64,000 nt of DNA from Octopus bimaculoides. Lineage: Eukaryota. Below the pieces are notes generated by a model, which did not search any database, was not told the DNA's origin, and saw nothing but the letters and a program-made list of their open reading frames with translations. The stretch is from NCBI RefSeq assembly GCF_001194135.2, contig NC_069000.1, forward strand, positions 39,377,573 through 39,441,572, given 5' to 3'. How positions within the stretch are numbered: the stretch's first letter is position 1; the number at the start of each line of letters is the position of its first letter. Positions 1-13,694 of this stretch are shown piece by piece. The position numbers and the translations under genes are program-made.

Positions 1-6
1 TATATG

Positions 7-42
<36 letters not shown>

Positions 43-222
43 GATAATATTTTTAGCCCCCAAGTAAGATAAATGTAATCATTGTTTGTTAAGAGTGGGT
101 TTGAATTTCTTAATAAAATCCTTTTCTTTGCGTTTTCTCTCAATTTCATTCAGGTTGTAAAGTTTATGGAATGGAATACCACTGGCAACATGTGGTCGTG
201 AAACTTTTATGATATTCCCATT

Positions 223-263
<41 letters not shown>

Positions 264-1415
264 ATTGTATGCCGGTGTGTTTGTATTTGTATGTCTGTGA
301 GCATAATATATATATTTATCTATATATTTTTTATCCATCTAAATATGATTCGGTTTTCCTTTGTCTTCTCTTCTTGCATGAATCAGTGTTTAGTAAAAGG
401 CGATATATTTGTATATTTGGGATGAGTGTGGTCTAGAGATTGCAGACATTCTATCTAAAATATATTCTATTGTGAATTGCCTAATTCAGCGATAATCTTC
501 ACTACAGCGCGTTCAAAAGTTTGGAATTGAATAGTTTCGGAATACTTTTCCCAATTTTTTTTCTCCCTATATGTACTCTCTCATCTCTATCTCTTATGAA
601 AAACGTAGAATGAAATTTTGTCAATATATCTATCACAAGTTCTCTTTCTAACATTCTCCTTCGATATATATAAATATCGATAGAGTTATAAAAACTGAAT
701 AAATTGAAACACATACAAATGCATGTACACTGTCACACATGCACATAGATAAACATTGTGTGTGAGTATACGCGCGTGTTTGTGTGTATGTACGTATCGT
801 GAGAGAGAGGATCAGAGAGGGATATTCATTTAGATATCCGACATTTTATTTAAATTCCACATTTAAAAGTCATATTTTCTGAAAGTAAGATATCGGTTTG
901 AAATATCAAGGAAGATAATTCTTTCTTTGTTTTTGTTTTTCCTTTTGCATTCTTTGACATTTGAATGTTTAAATTTGTAGCGTATTCAGGTGTTATTTGT
1001 GATAAATCGTGCTTTAAATTTTTACGATCTTTTATAAAATTTACAAAGTAAATTAGTATAATACCTTTATATTGTCGAAACAATAGCATATTTACACATG
1101 AAATAATGCAGTCCTCATTCTTCATCTATTATTGTACTTAAATGTATACAGTAACATTTTAAATGTTTCTTTTTTTAGCGAGAAATTTTTAAAAAGACAG
1201 CATTTGAAAATATATCACGTTATCTGCATATTGTGCCTTTAATGGTATCTTTGAATTTTTACAATAATGGGTTGAGCTCTTGAGGTTAACCAGATGTCAT
1301 ATCATCCGTGTTGTTTGAGAACGCCTGCTATCTTTAGTAATATACAAACTTTCAATAGGGAATTTCAATGACATTTAAATCTCAAAAAATATTTATATCT
1401 CAGACATATTTATCT

Positions 1416-1745
1416 GGCACTCCGTCGGTTGCGATGATGAGTATTCCATTTGATCTGATCGACGGAACTGCCTGCACATGAAATTACCGTTCAAATGGCT
1501 GAGTACTCCACAGACACACGTAACTTAAAGTATTTGTCAGAGACATTCAGCGTGGCACAGGAAGCTACAAAGCTGTCCTTAAAAAATACAATTACGACTT
1601 AGTACATGTAGGACGCATTTTCGATCGTTGAGTGGATTGGAGCATCGTGAAATAAAGTATTTTGCTCCAGAGCAGAACGCACCTCTTGAAATCGAGCTCT
1701 CGAACTTATCATCCTGAGCTTAAAACGCTAACCATTATGTTACAC
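1416..1745 (-). mobile_element. Degenerate tRNA-derived SINE; 3' module shared with family A, different head/body
   Basis: 1416-1560 aligns to the 3' part of the SINE at 27597-27973 (cactccgtcggtt...gaaattaccgttcaaatggctgagtactccacagacac...cagcgtg). 1630-1745 is a decayed tRNA-like head and body (gagcatcgtgaaataaagt...aatcgagctc...ctaaccat) that differs from the 27597 body. Confidence 0.6.
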
Positions 1746-1869
1746 ACTTTTGCTCAGACATATTAAAATCTCAGACGGTTCCTGTAAAGTATCCATTGTT
1801 CAACTTAATCGTGGCCCTCCAAACCGATTATTTAACTTTCTGCTGCATACAGAGAAATAACTATTTTAT

Positions 1870-2716
1870 ATGTCTTTTGCAAGACGATGTAAACCACAAA
1901 GCTAGTTTGGGAGGGCCTGAAGACTCATTGTCCAAATATTGATGAGTACCTACTATTACAATAACATTCTCTGGTACTTCAAACAATAACCAGGCATGAA
2001 TGAGGAAGACATGCGATACAAGAACTACAAGATAGAAAAAAAACACTCACCGGGATTTTATCTCCAACATGTCTAGTGAGCACTGGTCTGCAAGGAATCT
2101 ATTATTCAGTTCATAACTGCCAAATATCATGCAAAGTGTACAGATATCAGACGTAGGAGATGTAATTCGCAGTCAAGAGCTACTTCAGACCATCATATCT
2201 TTCATCCAGCGGAACAAATTTTCCAACAAATTTAATAAATTTAAATTATCCCAAAAATCTGGATTACAGTTAAAAAGCAGCTTACATATGGATCAACTTT
2301 TAGTAATATTTGACTCGCTCAGAAAAGTTGTCCTTGAAACTATTTGAAAAAGCGAAATTGTTTTTTCACACTGTTTGCCAGGCAATTTGCGTTCACAGAG
2401 GGAAACCGCTATTGTACTGTAACTCCCACCCAGAATTGTTTGCATTTTTCTCACATGGGGGCAGCACTGCTCATCATACATTTAAGTCGCGTCACAAATT
2501 ACACATAATGGTAGTTATGTTTGCCATGATGACCTCGAAAATGTTCCAGATTAATGTTCACTATTTAACAGACTTGCAATTGAAGATTTCGATCCCATCT
2601 TACAAACCTTATTTGGAGGAGGGGCGCCATAGACTTGTACTCTACTGATTTCAGTCAAAATCTCCCAGTCATCCCACATGAGATAAAAGACGTCTCAGCC
2701 AGGATGTGCTGTCTCC
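1870..2716 (+). mobile_element. Helitron Rep/Hel PIF1-like helicase remnant (frameshifts and stops)
   Basis: Manual translation gives, in order, LVWEGLK, SSLHMDQLLVIFDSL (cf. LNxEQxxAYD), GKPLLYC...FSHGGSTAHHTFK (cf. GKIALAVASSGIAATLLxGGRTAHSxFK), LFGG and DFSQNLPVIP (cf. GDFRQxLPVI). This is the motif order of Helitron helicases. Confidence 0.6.
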
Positions 2717-3129
2717 TTTTTATTTTACTTAGAAATGCACAACCTTCCTTTTTTATATCTCAAGAGTGTGTTGTCTCTATTGCTGGAGATTTAGCAGTTA
2801 TTTCGAATATTTGAACTGAACTAAAGTTAAACGTTTAGTTTTTCATTTATTTTTGCGAAAAGCAACGATACCAATCACATCGACTGATTTTAAATTCTGT
2901 TAGGGGACTAAACTAAACGTTTTAAATGAATTAGCGTGCTCTCCTTCTGCTTCGTGACTGAACACGATAACCACACACTTTATATTGTTACTGATTAAAA
3001 AATTAAATTGACTGTAATACAAGTCAGATGCTTATTTTATCTCGATTAGATGACACATAATGCTAACTAATATAAAATCTTATTTAAAATGACAAACCTA
3101 GTTTCCACTTAATCTATGAAGTATAATCG

Positions 3130-3600
3130 TTTAAAATGGAGAGGTAAGATCGATTATGGAACCTCTCAGAGGTCTCCTGTATTGCAAGATATGACAACCA
3201 AATTTCATTTCGGTTCCATCTGTACAGTATTGTGATGTAATAAATGTAGGCACCTAAGATGTCCTCATTATTTCGTCTGAAGAAATTCCTTCATTCGTCA
3301 AATGATAAACAAGGCTCAAAGCAAATGGGCTGCATGAACAAGAATTACTAAATAAAGGAGAAAAAATCCTCTGCTAGAATACAAGCGTCTTACAATAATA
3401 TGAGACGGTAAGAAAGAAGTTGAATACGGATTCAGCAATAGAATACATGATTCTCACGATAGGAACAATTCACTAAACTCGTCTCTACATTTCTTAATTG
3501 TAGAGTGAAAACTTTTAACGTAAGAGTTAAAGTGTCTTTTGATGAAGATGAGAGAGATGGTCTAAGTGGGCTACACAACAATAATTACTAAATGATTATA
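3130..3600 (+). mobile_element. Possible RTE-clade LINE ORF2 C-terminal remnant
   Basis: Decayed translations LRGLLYCKI*Q and MINKAQSKWAA*TRI resemble RTE CLRxLLxIxWQ and MLxKAQLRWAGHVxRM; many stops. Confidence 0.35.
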
Positions 3601-4123
3601 GGAATATTCGATTCGAACACTATTCAAGAACATCTGACGAGACATCTACATTAAGAAAAAACACATACTTCATGAAAAATGTATTTAATTTATTGCTAGG
3701 AGATATACCTTTAGAGAAGACATAATTGTGAAGATTGAAATCAGAAAATAGATCGGAATATTTATCAGAACCGTCAAAGTTGATGTTGCTGAGAAAAGGA
3801 AATGAAGAAATTTTAATCTGTTTTTGATGATGTATGAAACGATGTTGGAGATGTGTCAAGATTGTAGCCTTTTCAATGTAATTAGATATGTATTGTAGCA
3901 TTAACTCTGTTCAATGGACACTAACTAATCTTCTCCTTTTTACGAAAATGTAGGTCATGTTATTTTGGACTCCGTGCAAGTTAGAATTTGCTTCAGTTCA
4001 TTTACGTACAGGTACATATGCATACATGTAAGTTTTCACACACACGCACACGCACTCACAAATATATATGTGTATATATATATATGTGTACATACATATA
4101 TAAACATGTTTATATATGTATGT

Positions 4124-4176
<53 letters not shown>

Positions 4177-4613
4177 NNNNNNNNNNNNNNNNNNNNNNNN
4201 NNNNNNNNNNNNNNNNNNNNNNNNNNNNNNNNNNNNNNNNNNNNNNNNNNNNNNNNNNNNNNNNNNNNNNNNNNNNNNNNNNNNNNNNNNNNNNNNNNNN
4301 NNNNNNNNNNNNNNNNNNNNNNNNNNNNNNNNNNNNNNNNNNNNNNNNNNNNNNNNNNNNNNNNNNNNNNNNNNNNNNNNNNNNNNNNNNNNNNNNNNNN
4401 NNNNNNNNNNNNNNNNNNNNNNNNNNNNNNNNNNNNNNNNNNNNNNNNNNNNNNNNNNNNNNNNNNNNNNNNNNNNNNNNNNNNNNNNNNNNNNNNNNNN
4501 NNNNNNNNNNNNNNNNNNNNNNNNNNNNNNNNNNNNNNNNNNNNNNNNNNNNNNNNNNNNNNNNNNNNNNNNNNNNNNNNNNNNNNNNNNNNNNNNNNNN
4601 NNNNNNNNNNNNN

Positions 4614-4683
4614 AAAAAGGTACTTTGTAATCGACATAACATGTCTTGGTGACTACAGGATCAAAGCAAAAGAAAATGGATAA
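4614..4683 (+). mobile_element. R4/Dong-like LINE REL-endonuclease fragment next to a gap
   Basis: Translates KRYFVIDITCLGDYRIKAKENG* (cf. IDIAxPGDxRIxxKExEK). It is 69/70 identical to the reverse complement of 7933-8002. Confidence 0.7.
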
Positions 4684-5311
4684 GTATCTATCTATGTATG
4701 TATATGTATATGTCTTGTACAATTTTTGCGGCGCTTTGTATGTATTATATCTGTTGTATATTCCTCGTTCATCTAGATGAAAATTGATCGAAAATCTAAA
4801 ATTACTATTGCCAGTTACCTCAATCGCATCAATCACTAATATTAGATGAGAACTAAACTTAGCCTAGATTTATTGCTAAAATATTCAGAACTTGTAATTT
4901 GTTGGCACAGTTTCTCTCTGTATATAGTTGCATATTGGGAAGGTCATGATGCCGATAACACTTACACACGTACAGGTTCAATGTTAGTTCTTCATTTTTA
5001 GTCAATTCGTTTAGTATCCGTCCAACTAACTAACCGATCGTTTGATTAATGTGCATCTTAAACAATCAATCTGTCGTTAGTCAAAGTTCTTTTCATCACT
5101 AGCAACGACCTCTTGAATTATGTACCCTGTCTCTTGAAGGGAGATTGTTTAACCATCACATTTAAACAAAATATCGATTAATTAGTTTGATTAAATATGG
5201 ATTGACAATAAATGATTGATATTGAACGAGTGTGTCCCTCTCGAGACACAAGATTTGTTTCAACACACGAATTCGCATCAAGAACCTTGCAAACTAAGTA
5301 CAATAACGAAG

Positions 5312-5355
<44 letters not shown>

Positions 5356-6116
5356 NNNNNNNNNNNNNNNNNNNNNNNNNNNNNNNNNNNNNNNNNNNNN
5401 NNNNNNNNNNNNNNNNNNNNNNNNNNNNNNNNNNNNNNNNNNNNNNNNNNNNNNNNNNNNNNNNNNNNNNNNNNNNNNNNNNNNNNNNNNNNNNNNNNNN
5501 NNNNNNNNNNNNNNNNNNNNNNNNNNNNNNNNNNNNNNNNNNNNNNNNNNNNNNNNNNNNNNNNNNNNNNNNNNNNNNNNNNNNNNNNNNNNNNNNNNNN
5601 NNNNNNNNNNNNNNNNNNNNNNNNNNNNNNNNNNNNNNNNNNNNNNNNNNNNNNNNNNNNNNNNNNNNNNNNNNNNNNNNNNNNNNNNNNNNNNNNNNNN
5701 NNNNNNNNNNNNNNNNNNNNNNNNNNNNNNNNNNNNNNNNNNNNNNNNNNNNNNNNNNNNNNNNNNNNNNNNNNNNNNNNNNNNNNNNNNNNNNNNNNNN
5801 NNNNNNNNNNNNNNNNNNNNNNNNNNNNNNNNNNNNNNNNNNNNNNNNNNNNNNNNNNNNNNNNNNNNNNNNNNNNNNNNNNNNNNNNNNNNNNNNNNNN
5901 NNNNNNNNNNNNNNNNNNNNNNNNNNNNNNNNNNNNNNNNNNNNNNNNNNNNNNNNNNNNNNNNNNNNNNNNNNNNNNNNNNNNNNNNNNNNNNNNNNNN
6001 NNNNNNNNNNNNNNNNNNNNNNNNNNNNNNNNNNNNNNNNNNNNNNNNNNNNNNNNNNNNNNNNNNNNNNNNNNNNNNNNNNNNNNNNNNNNNNNNNNNN
6101 NNNNNNNNNNNNNNNN

Positions 6117-6147
<31 letters not shown>

Positions 6148-6699
6148 GTTGATATATTTGCCAAGAATTGTTATTGAATAGGCGACGAATATTTTATAAT
6201 TTTTTTCTGTATGAAGTCGTCTGTATGCTTGCTTTCATAAGCCCTGTCTAGTTTTCTCTCAGCGTTTATAATACAAGAGAAATATTTTTTGCCAAATCTT
6301 ATTACTAATAGTTCTCACTTTTCCCCACTGTCATTGTACACAATTGCCGAATGTTTGAAACATCGATCCTTCATATATTTATTCTTTTTAAATCTCTTTC
6401 TTTTCTTTGTCTTTGATTATTTTTTTTTTATTTTCTCGGAATAAACGGAAATCACAGCTTTTCTACAAGGAACTAGAGTCGAATGATAGTGCTGTTGTTT
6501 GTCTCAATTTTACTATTTCCCTAAGCATATTTTACCGCACGTTGACATAATTAGATTTGTTGTTTCAGCCGACAATTTTCATCCATACTATAAATATCGT
6601 GGAATTTCATTCACTTTATCGCGTCTGTATTCGTATCGCAATTTCTTTTCTGTTACCATATTAATACTGAATTTCTACATCAACAAAGGGATTAATATT

Positions 6700-7580
6700 C
6701 TATTTATATGTGCCTTATTGAGTGCTATGCATTATTGGCAATACTAAGGCATTCTTTCCTGGTGAGTTATCATTGGTTAAACCATATTTCTTCCTGTGGC
6801 TTTATTCTTACATTTTCGTCATTAAACATATTAGGCAGTTTCTTAGATCAATGTATATGTATATATTGGATGGCAATTGATTTTCTGGCGTACTTACGAA
6901 CATCAATATCAAAGAAGCGTGTATGGCTACTGTTGAGTTGAAATGTTGGAAAGACAACATTAATAAATAGATTTCGGAACTCTTTTACGGCAAATCGTTA
7001 CCTACCAGCATTTCTTTTATAGATTTGATTGATAGTAGGTCCTTGTACGTGGTACTTTCTTAGAGATTTCTAACATAATACTAGACATATTGGAAACTAG
7101 TTTATCTAGCAATTTCGTTACACTTTCGTCCAATATCACACTAAGTATTTTATGGCCAACCCTAGAAAATTTAAGTCCCCAACGAAGTTATCTTTCCTTA
7201 TGAAATTTCGGGTTCGAGGAAATAAAGTAGTAGCCAACTTTAAGTTCAATAATATCCATTGAAAGCCTCCGAGAGATTTTGCCACAAAATTATTTAGAGT
7301 GACTTTACCAATTCTACCAATATTTCTGTTGATTGGAGCAAAAAAACTTTGGTCTAGGGCTCGTCCCTTTGTAGGTTAATCCTGGATCTCTGGGATTCGA
7401 TGATTGTCCCTACTAGAATGTTTTTCCTGTATCGGGAGAGCTGCATGATTCATGTTATAATTTGTTTACTATTTATGCATTCATATTATTTGGCCGTCTA
7501 TTCCATATCTTTCTCCTCATCTTGTCATGAGGTCACCATACAAATTACACACTGTCCTTGTGATGTTCGTATCATCTTTG
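6700..7580 (-). mobile_element. Possible old CR1-group (Crack/Daphne-like) LINE RT remnant
   Basis: Minus-strand translation near 7570 gives DDTNITRTVCN (cf. ADDTKI) and then QLSRYRK (cf. FQLLRYG); heavily decayed. Confidence 0.3.
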
Positions 7581-7611
7581 ATTTGTGGCAAAAAAATAAA
7601 TCATTATCATC

Positions 7612-8335
7612 AACACTATTATCATTATTATTATTATTATTTCTTGAGAGAAAATTTTCTCTGCCTATTTTCCTGGGTATTATGTAAAATTTCATCTAAA
7701 CAAGTATATTTGTTTACTGATCATGCTTCAGGAACCCTGAGCATTATTGGAGTGCCAAGCAATGTTGTTTTTTTTAATGCTCTATCTTTACGTTTGTACT
7801 AATCTTTTTTAGCCATGTTGGTGGTTGAGTGGTGATAATCCCAAGCCCACTAATTACTACTGGTATCATGTCAGATCTCCTTGTTGCCAACAGACTGCGT
7901 ATTTACCACTCAATTCATCATAGTTGTTTACATTATCCATTTTCTTTTTCTTTGATCCTGTAGTCACCAAGACATGTTATGTCGATTACAAAGTACCTTT
8001 TTCTATTGTTTTTTTTTTTACAATAACGCCAGGTTTCCGATATCTGACCTTATTGTCCCGTTGAATCATTGCATCTCACAGGATTTTACAACCTTCATTC
8101 TCTATAACTCCATCTGGGATCCGGTCGTACACTTTTGCTCAATATTTGAAATAATTTATATAAATTTTACCTTTGTTTTTTTAATTCTCTCCAATGAAAA
8201 CACAGTTCGATTTTTCAAGGCCATAATTTTCAGAGTAATCTCATGGGTTCATTTCTGCCATATTGCCATGTTTCTTGTAATCACCTTGTGCCTATTTTAG
8301 ATATTGACTTACAATATGCCATGCTGTTTCTCCCC
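7612..8335 (-). mobile_element. R4/Dong-like LINE 3' end (zinc knuckle, REL endonuclease, 3'UTR, (AAT)n tail)
   Basis: Minus-strand translation: RERGETAWHIVSQ...DGVIENEGCKIL*DAMIQRDNKVRYRKPG...RYFVIDITCLGD...MIPVVISGLG...KKTTLLGTPIMLRV. This is followed by a short UTR and (aat)n at ~7612-7640. Confidence 0.8.
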
Positions 8336-8346
8336 GTTCTCTAATG

Positions 8347-8455
8347 TTGCCTTTCATTCTTCGAGGTCGATAAATTAAGTACCAGAGACACACCGGTCTC
8401 TATGTAATCCACTCTCCTCCCCACCAAAATTTCAGACCTTGTGCCTTTAGCAGAA

Positions 8456-8512
<57 letters not shown>
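8347..8512 (+). mobile_element. 5'-truncated family-B SINE with (ATT)n tail
   Basis: ttgcctttcattcttcgaggtcgataaattaagtacc...caaaatttcagaccttgtgcc matches the core and tail of the copies at 33341 and 52506; it runs into (att)n to ~8512. Confidence 0.75.
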
Positions 8513-8513
<1 letters not shown>

Positions 8514-9306
8514 CATATCTCTTCTGCAATTCTAATGCAGATTTTGTTCATAATGCTTTTTTTTATCTTACTTTGAATACATTTGCACAAAAGCAAAAGA
8601 AAATGGCATCTCTTACGAAGAATAGTTTCTGTCCTTCAATGAAGGACTCTCCTTGAATCAACATAGCTCTCTATGTTTGCCATTATTACTGTTATCCTCT
8701 ACTCAGATCTACTGTTTCTGAACAAATTACACATTAACTACTAACTATTTCAATATCTACATTGAAGCAAATTAGTGAAAATTTGCTAATAAGATCTTTC
8801 TTTTTTTTTTTTTTGTAATCATAATTCATCTCTGTATTCTAGGTATATTTTGTTTCATTATCATAATAACTCTGGTAAAAATCATCAAAGAATACGCTGT
8901 TTTACATTTATCTAATTGGTTTTACATTTATTGTATTAACGGTTTGATTTGGAATAATTTGCTTCCATCCAAATCATTTTGCATTTATTTAAATAATTTT
9001 TTTTTAAGTCAGTATTCAACATTTTGCTGTTGACTTTCTAAATTTTCTCAAATTCTGACCGATTTCCAGCCTGTGTTTTCGGCATGCCACTCATTTCACT
9101 ATTCCTTTGTCATTCTCTTATTCTCATTGCAACATGCTTTATAACAGATTGTGTTAAACGAAGTTCCACATATTACATAGAAATAAATAAAACAAAATTT
9201 AGAAACAAATAAATTAACTAAACAAGACACAATATAATAAATTGAATTTATAGCAAAAGTTACAATTGATAGACATGTTTAACGAGCTCAACGAATTAAC
9301 GAAAAG

Positions 9307-9344
<38 letters not shown>

Positions 9345-11769
9345 GAATGTATGTATGTATGTATATATATAACATTATATTTGAAAGAATTTTAATTACA
9401 AAGAAATGTACAGGNNNNNNNNNNNNNNNNNNNNNNNNNNNNNNNNNNNNNNNNNNNNNNNNNNNNNNNNNNNNNNNNNNNNNNNNNNNNNNNNNNNNNN
9501 NNNNNNNNNNNNNNNNNNNNNNNNNNNNNNNNNNNNNNNNNNNNNNNNNNNNNNNNNNNNNNNNNNNNNNNNNNNNNNNNNNNNNNNNNNNNNNNNNNNN
9601 NNNNNNNNNNNNNNNNNNNNNNNNNNNNNNNNNNNNNNNNNNNNNNNNNNNNNNNNNNNNNNNNNNNNNNNNNNNNNNNNNNNNNNNNNNNNNNNNNNNN
9701 NNNNNNNNNNNNNNNNNNNNNNNNNNNNNNNNNNNNNNNNNNNNNNNNNNNNNNNNNNNNCAAATTAACGTTTATCAAAGTTATGGCTGTTTAAAATCAA
9801 AGGAATTACTTTTTCAGAAGATATACGCAGACAATAATGGCATTCGATATGTTTCAAATAACGAATTTTCTATTATTAATTACATCTGACTACACACATG
9901 TGCTATTTGAACACAGTTGTGTATGATTCGCCTAAACAGATATCACTTCATGGTTTTTGAAAAATTGTCTTTTTTTTTTTTTTTCACTTTGCTTTATCAG
10001 GAAACCGGATACAAAAGCATAGAAATCTAAAATGGTAATTCATTTCAAAGTAAATGTATATGTACGTATGCGCTGGTGAAATATGCGATTCTCTGTATGT
10101 GTATGATGGGAACTATAATAATGACGATAGGTTATTACAAACTCTTTAATATATACATCAATGAAGGTACACATAAATCAAAAATTGAAAAAAAAACGCA
10201 AAATTAAAGAAACAGTTAATTACTATTCTAGACTGGAATGAGACACAGATCTAAAAAATAATTAATCATAAGTGATTTCATCAGTCAGTAATGCTACGTT
10301 TATTAGTTTTCAAAAGACAGAGAAGCCTAGTCAAGTAGAATCACTTAAAAGCTCTTAAGAATCAGAATTGAAATTTTGCAGAAAATCATTAAGAAAATAG
10401 TTTGCATTTCATATTCCAGTACGGGAATTTCTTGGTAAATCTCAAATGGTTGCACATCCGATGAATTAGCTTTAGTTTTATTTAATCTGAGATCACTTAA
10501 CGAGGTCGTCTGCTATAGAATATAATAACAGAAGTGCTATTTACTAGTACCATAAAGAGAAGCTTACCCAAGCTCATTTCTCGTTTAGCTTGAGAGATCA
10601 TAAGATAATGTTTCTAATACGAACTTATGAACGCATTAGTTTATAAAGAGTCATTCTGCAATATGTTAAGTAGTTTGAAAACTGACCAAACTGACGGAAA
10701 CATGTATATTTCAAGTACAATGGTTCCTACCTCTACGTTTTAGCTATAGTTCTACGTTATCGTATAATTGCAAAAAGTTATATATATATATATATATATA
10801 TATATAACTCACATATATGCACATATACACACACACTGACACACGAACGCACACAAATGTATATATATATATACATATATATGTATATATNNNNNNNNNN
10901 NNNNNNNNNNNNNNNNNNNNNNNNNNNNNNNNNNNNNNNNNNNNNNNNNNNNNNNNNNNNNNNNNNNNNNNNNNNNNNNNNNNNNNNNNNNNNNNNNNNN
11001 NNNNNNNNNNNNNNNNNNNNNNNNNNNNNNNNNNNNNNNNNNNNNNNNNNNNNNNNNNNNNNNNNNNNNNNNNNNNNNNNNNNNNNNNNNNNNNNNNNNN
11101 NNNNNNNNNNNNNNNNNNNNNNNNNNNNNNNNNNNNNNNNNNNNNNNNNNNNNNNNNNNNNNNNNNNNNNNNNNNNNNNNNNNNNNNNNNNNNNNNNNNN
11201 NNNNNNNNNNNNNNNNNNNNNNNNNNNNNNNNNNNNNNNNNNNNNNNNNNNNNNNNNNNNNNNNNNNNNNNNNNNNNNNNNNNNNNNNNNNNNNNNNNNN
11301 NNNNNNNNNNNNNNNNNNNNNNNNNNNNNNNNNNNNNNNNNNNNNNNNNNNNNNNNNNNNNNNNNNNNNNNNNNNNNNNNNNNNNNNNNNNNNNNNNNNN
11401 NNNNNNNNNNNNNNNNNNNNNNNNNNNNNNNNNNNNNNNNNNNNNNNNNNNNNNNNNNNNNNNNNNNNNNNNNNNNNNNNNNNNNNNNNNNNNNNNNNNN
11501 NNNNNNNNNNNNNNNNNNNNNNNNNNNNNNNNNNNNNNNNNNNNNNNNNNNNNNNNNNNNNNNNNNNNNNNNNNNNNNNNNNNNNNNNNNNNNNNNNNNN
11601 NNNNNNNNNNNNNNNNNNNNNNNNNNNNNNNNNNNNNNNNNNNNNNNNNNNNNNNNNNNNNNNNNNNNNNNNNNNNNNNNNNNNNNNNNNNNNNNNNNNN
11701 NNNNNNNNNNNNNNNNNNNNNNNNNNNNNNNNNNNNNNNNNNNNNNNNNNNNNNNNNNNNNNNNNNNNN

Positions 11770-11805
<36 letters not shown>

Positions 11806-12545
11806 TGTTTGCATGGAAGTATAAGTATACAATTTTAGACCTGGGTATACATTTGTAGGTTAAAAGTCTGTTGATTAAAACACATTCACCCTCTTCGACT
11901 ACCTGATATCATCAACATTATAGATATAAATTCCCCTGGATTTTTTATCCATACACCCATATGATGCACACTCCAGGATGTACAGGCTATGCTCGGAGGA
12001 ATCACTATGCATATTGTTGAGCAATGAAAAGCTTATTAACAAATTTTCGTAACGATTAATAAGATGCCAACATAAGATCAAATGTGCCTTTTCCCAATAT
12101 AACATTAATTAATTAATTACGGATTACCTAGAATAATAGCCCGGTAACGAAATCTCTCCTTTAGTGCAAACGCATTACTATAAGCATTAAGAATATGTAC
12201 TATGGAGTTAATTTGTAGTCTTACTGCATTTTTCGACCTTGATATTATATTCTTCGGTATAACGTCCTTCGTGTATGTATGACTGTCGCAAAATAGATTT
12301 TTCTTGAACAATGGAGTAATCATCAATGTATGCTGCAACATAAGGAATGTATGCAAATCAGACTATTTCGTTACTTAATGTTACTGACTATTTACTCAGT
12401 TAATTCCTATCTACTCACCCTGCAATTATTGCTAGAGCAAAATATACACTGTTATCGATATTCATAGACTGTGTTATTGATTTCCGTATTGTGTTGTTCA
12501 TATTGATATTCATAGGGGAGTGGATATGTTTTCGTATGTATTGAT

Positions 12546-12650
12546 CGCAGGCATGGCTGTGAGGTAGGAAGTTTGCTTGCCAACCATATAGTTCCAGGTT
12601 CTGTTCAAATGTGTTGCAACTTGGGCAAATATCTTCTATTATATCCTCAA
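12546..12650 (+). mobile_element. Family-D tRNA-SINE head
   Basis: gcaggcatggctgtgaggtaggaagtttgct...gttccaggttctgttc...ttgggcaaatatcttctatta: A-box/B-box-like head followed by the conserved ttgggcaa block and then TA/TG repeats. Confidence 0.55.
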
Positions 12651-13661
12651 TTATCTTATCTTTTTGTCTTTATCTAATGATATGACTTTATATATATATA
12701 TGTGTGTGTGTGTGCGTGTGCGTGTGCGTGTGCGTGTGCGTGTGTGTGTGTGCGTGTGTGTGTATACATATATGCGTGTGTGTGGTGCATTCTTTATATA
12801 TCGTTGGTATTATGTTAAATTGTGGTATGTCCAAATATAACCAGGTGCGGTTTTTTCAATATTTATTTTTGCTTGCAGTAGTCGGTTCTTTTGGTCAAAC
12901 TATTGTATCAACAGCTGTTTCAAGTGCCAAGATATCAAAAATTATCAAAGTATACTACAACGGTATTTGCTATGGAATGATAAAAATATATTTTTTCGTT
13001 TGCTGAAAAAAAAAACGTTTTGGACTTACGACCCTTTTGCATAATAGCAACGATATATATATAGAGAGAAAGAGAGAGAGATAATTATATATACTCTTTA
13101 CTCTTTTACNNNNNNNNNNNNNNNNNNNNNNNNNNNNNNNNNNNNNNNNNNNNNNNNNNNNNNNNNNNNNNNNNNNNNNNNNNNNNNNNNNNNNNNNNNN
13201 NNNNNNNNNNNNNNNNNNNNNNNNNNNNNNNNNNNNNNNNNNNNNNNNNNNNNNNNNNNNNNNNNNNNNNNNNNNNNNNNNNNNNNNNNNNNNNNNNNNN
13301 NNNNNNNNNNNNNNNNNNNNNNNNNNNNNNNNNNNNNNNNNNNNNNNNNNNNNNNNNNNNNNNNNNNNNNNNNNNNNNNNNNNNNNNNNNNNNNNNNNNN
13401 NNNNNNNNNNNNNNNNNNNNNNNNNNNNNNNNNNNNNNNNNNNNNNNNNNNNNNNNNNNNNNNNNNNNNNNNNNNNNNNNNNNNNNNNNNNNNNNAGATT
13501 ACAATGAAGTAGAGAAATTTGAAAAGACAACACGAAACCGGTTATTTCTCAAAATACTATGTTTATATACCAAAAAGATTTTATAACATTTTTCTGACAT
13601 AATTTAAATATATACTTTAACCATGTAACACAAGCCTTCTGTAGTTTTTTCACTCTTATCT

Positions 13662-13694
<33 letters not shown>

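Noticed and set aside
11870-12300. Possible RTE LINE 3' remnant on the minus strand
   Set aside because: Only vague residue similarity and no diagnostic motif.
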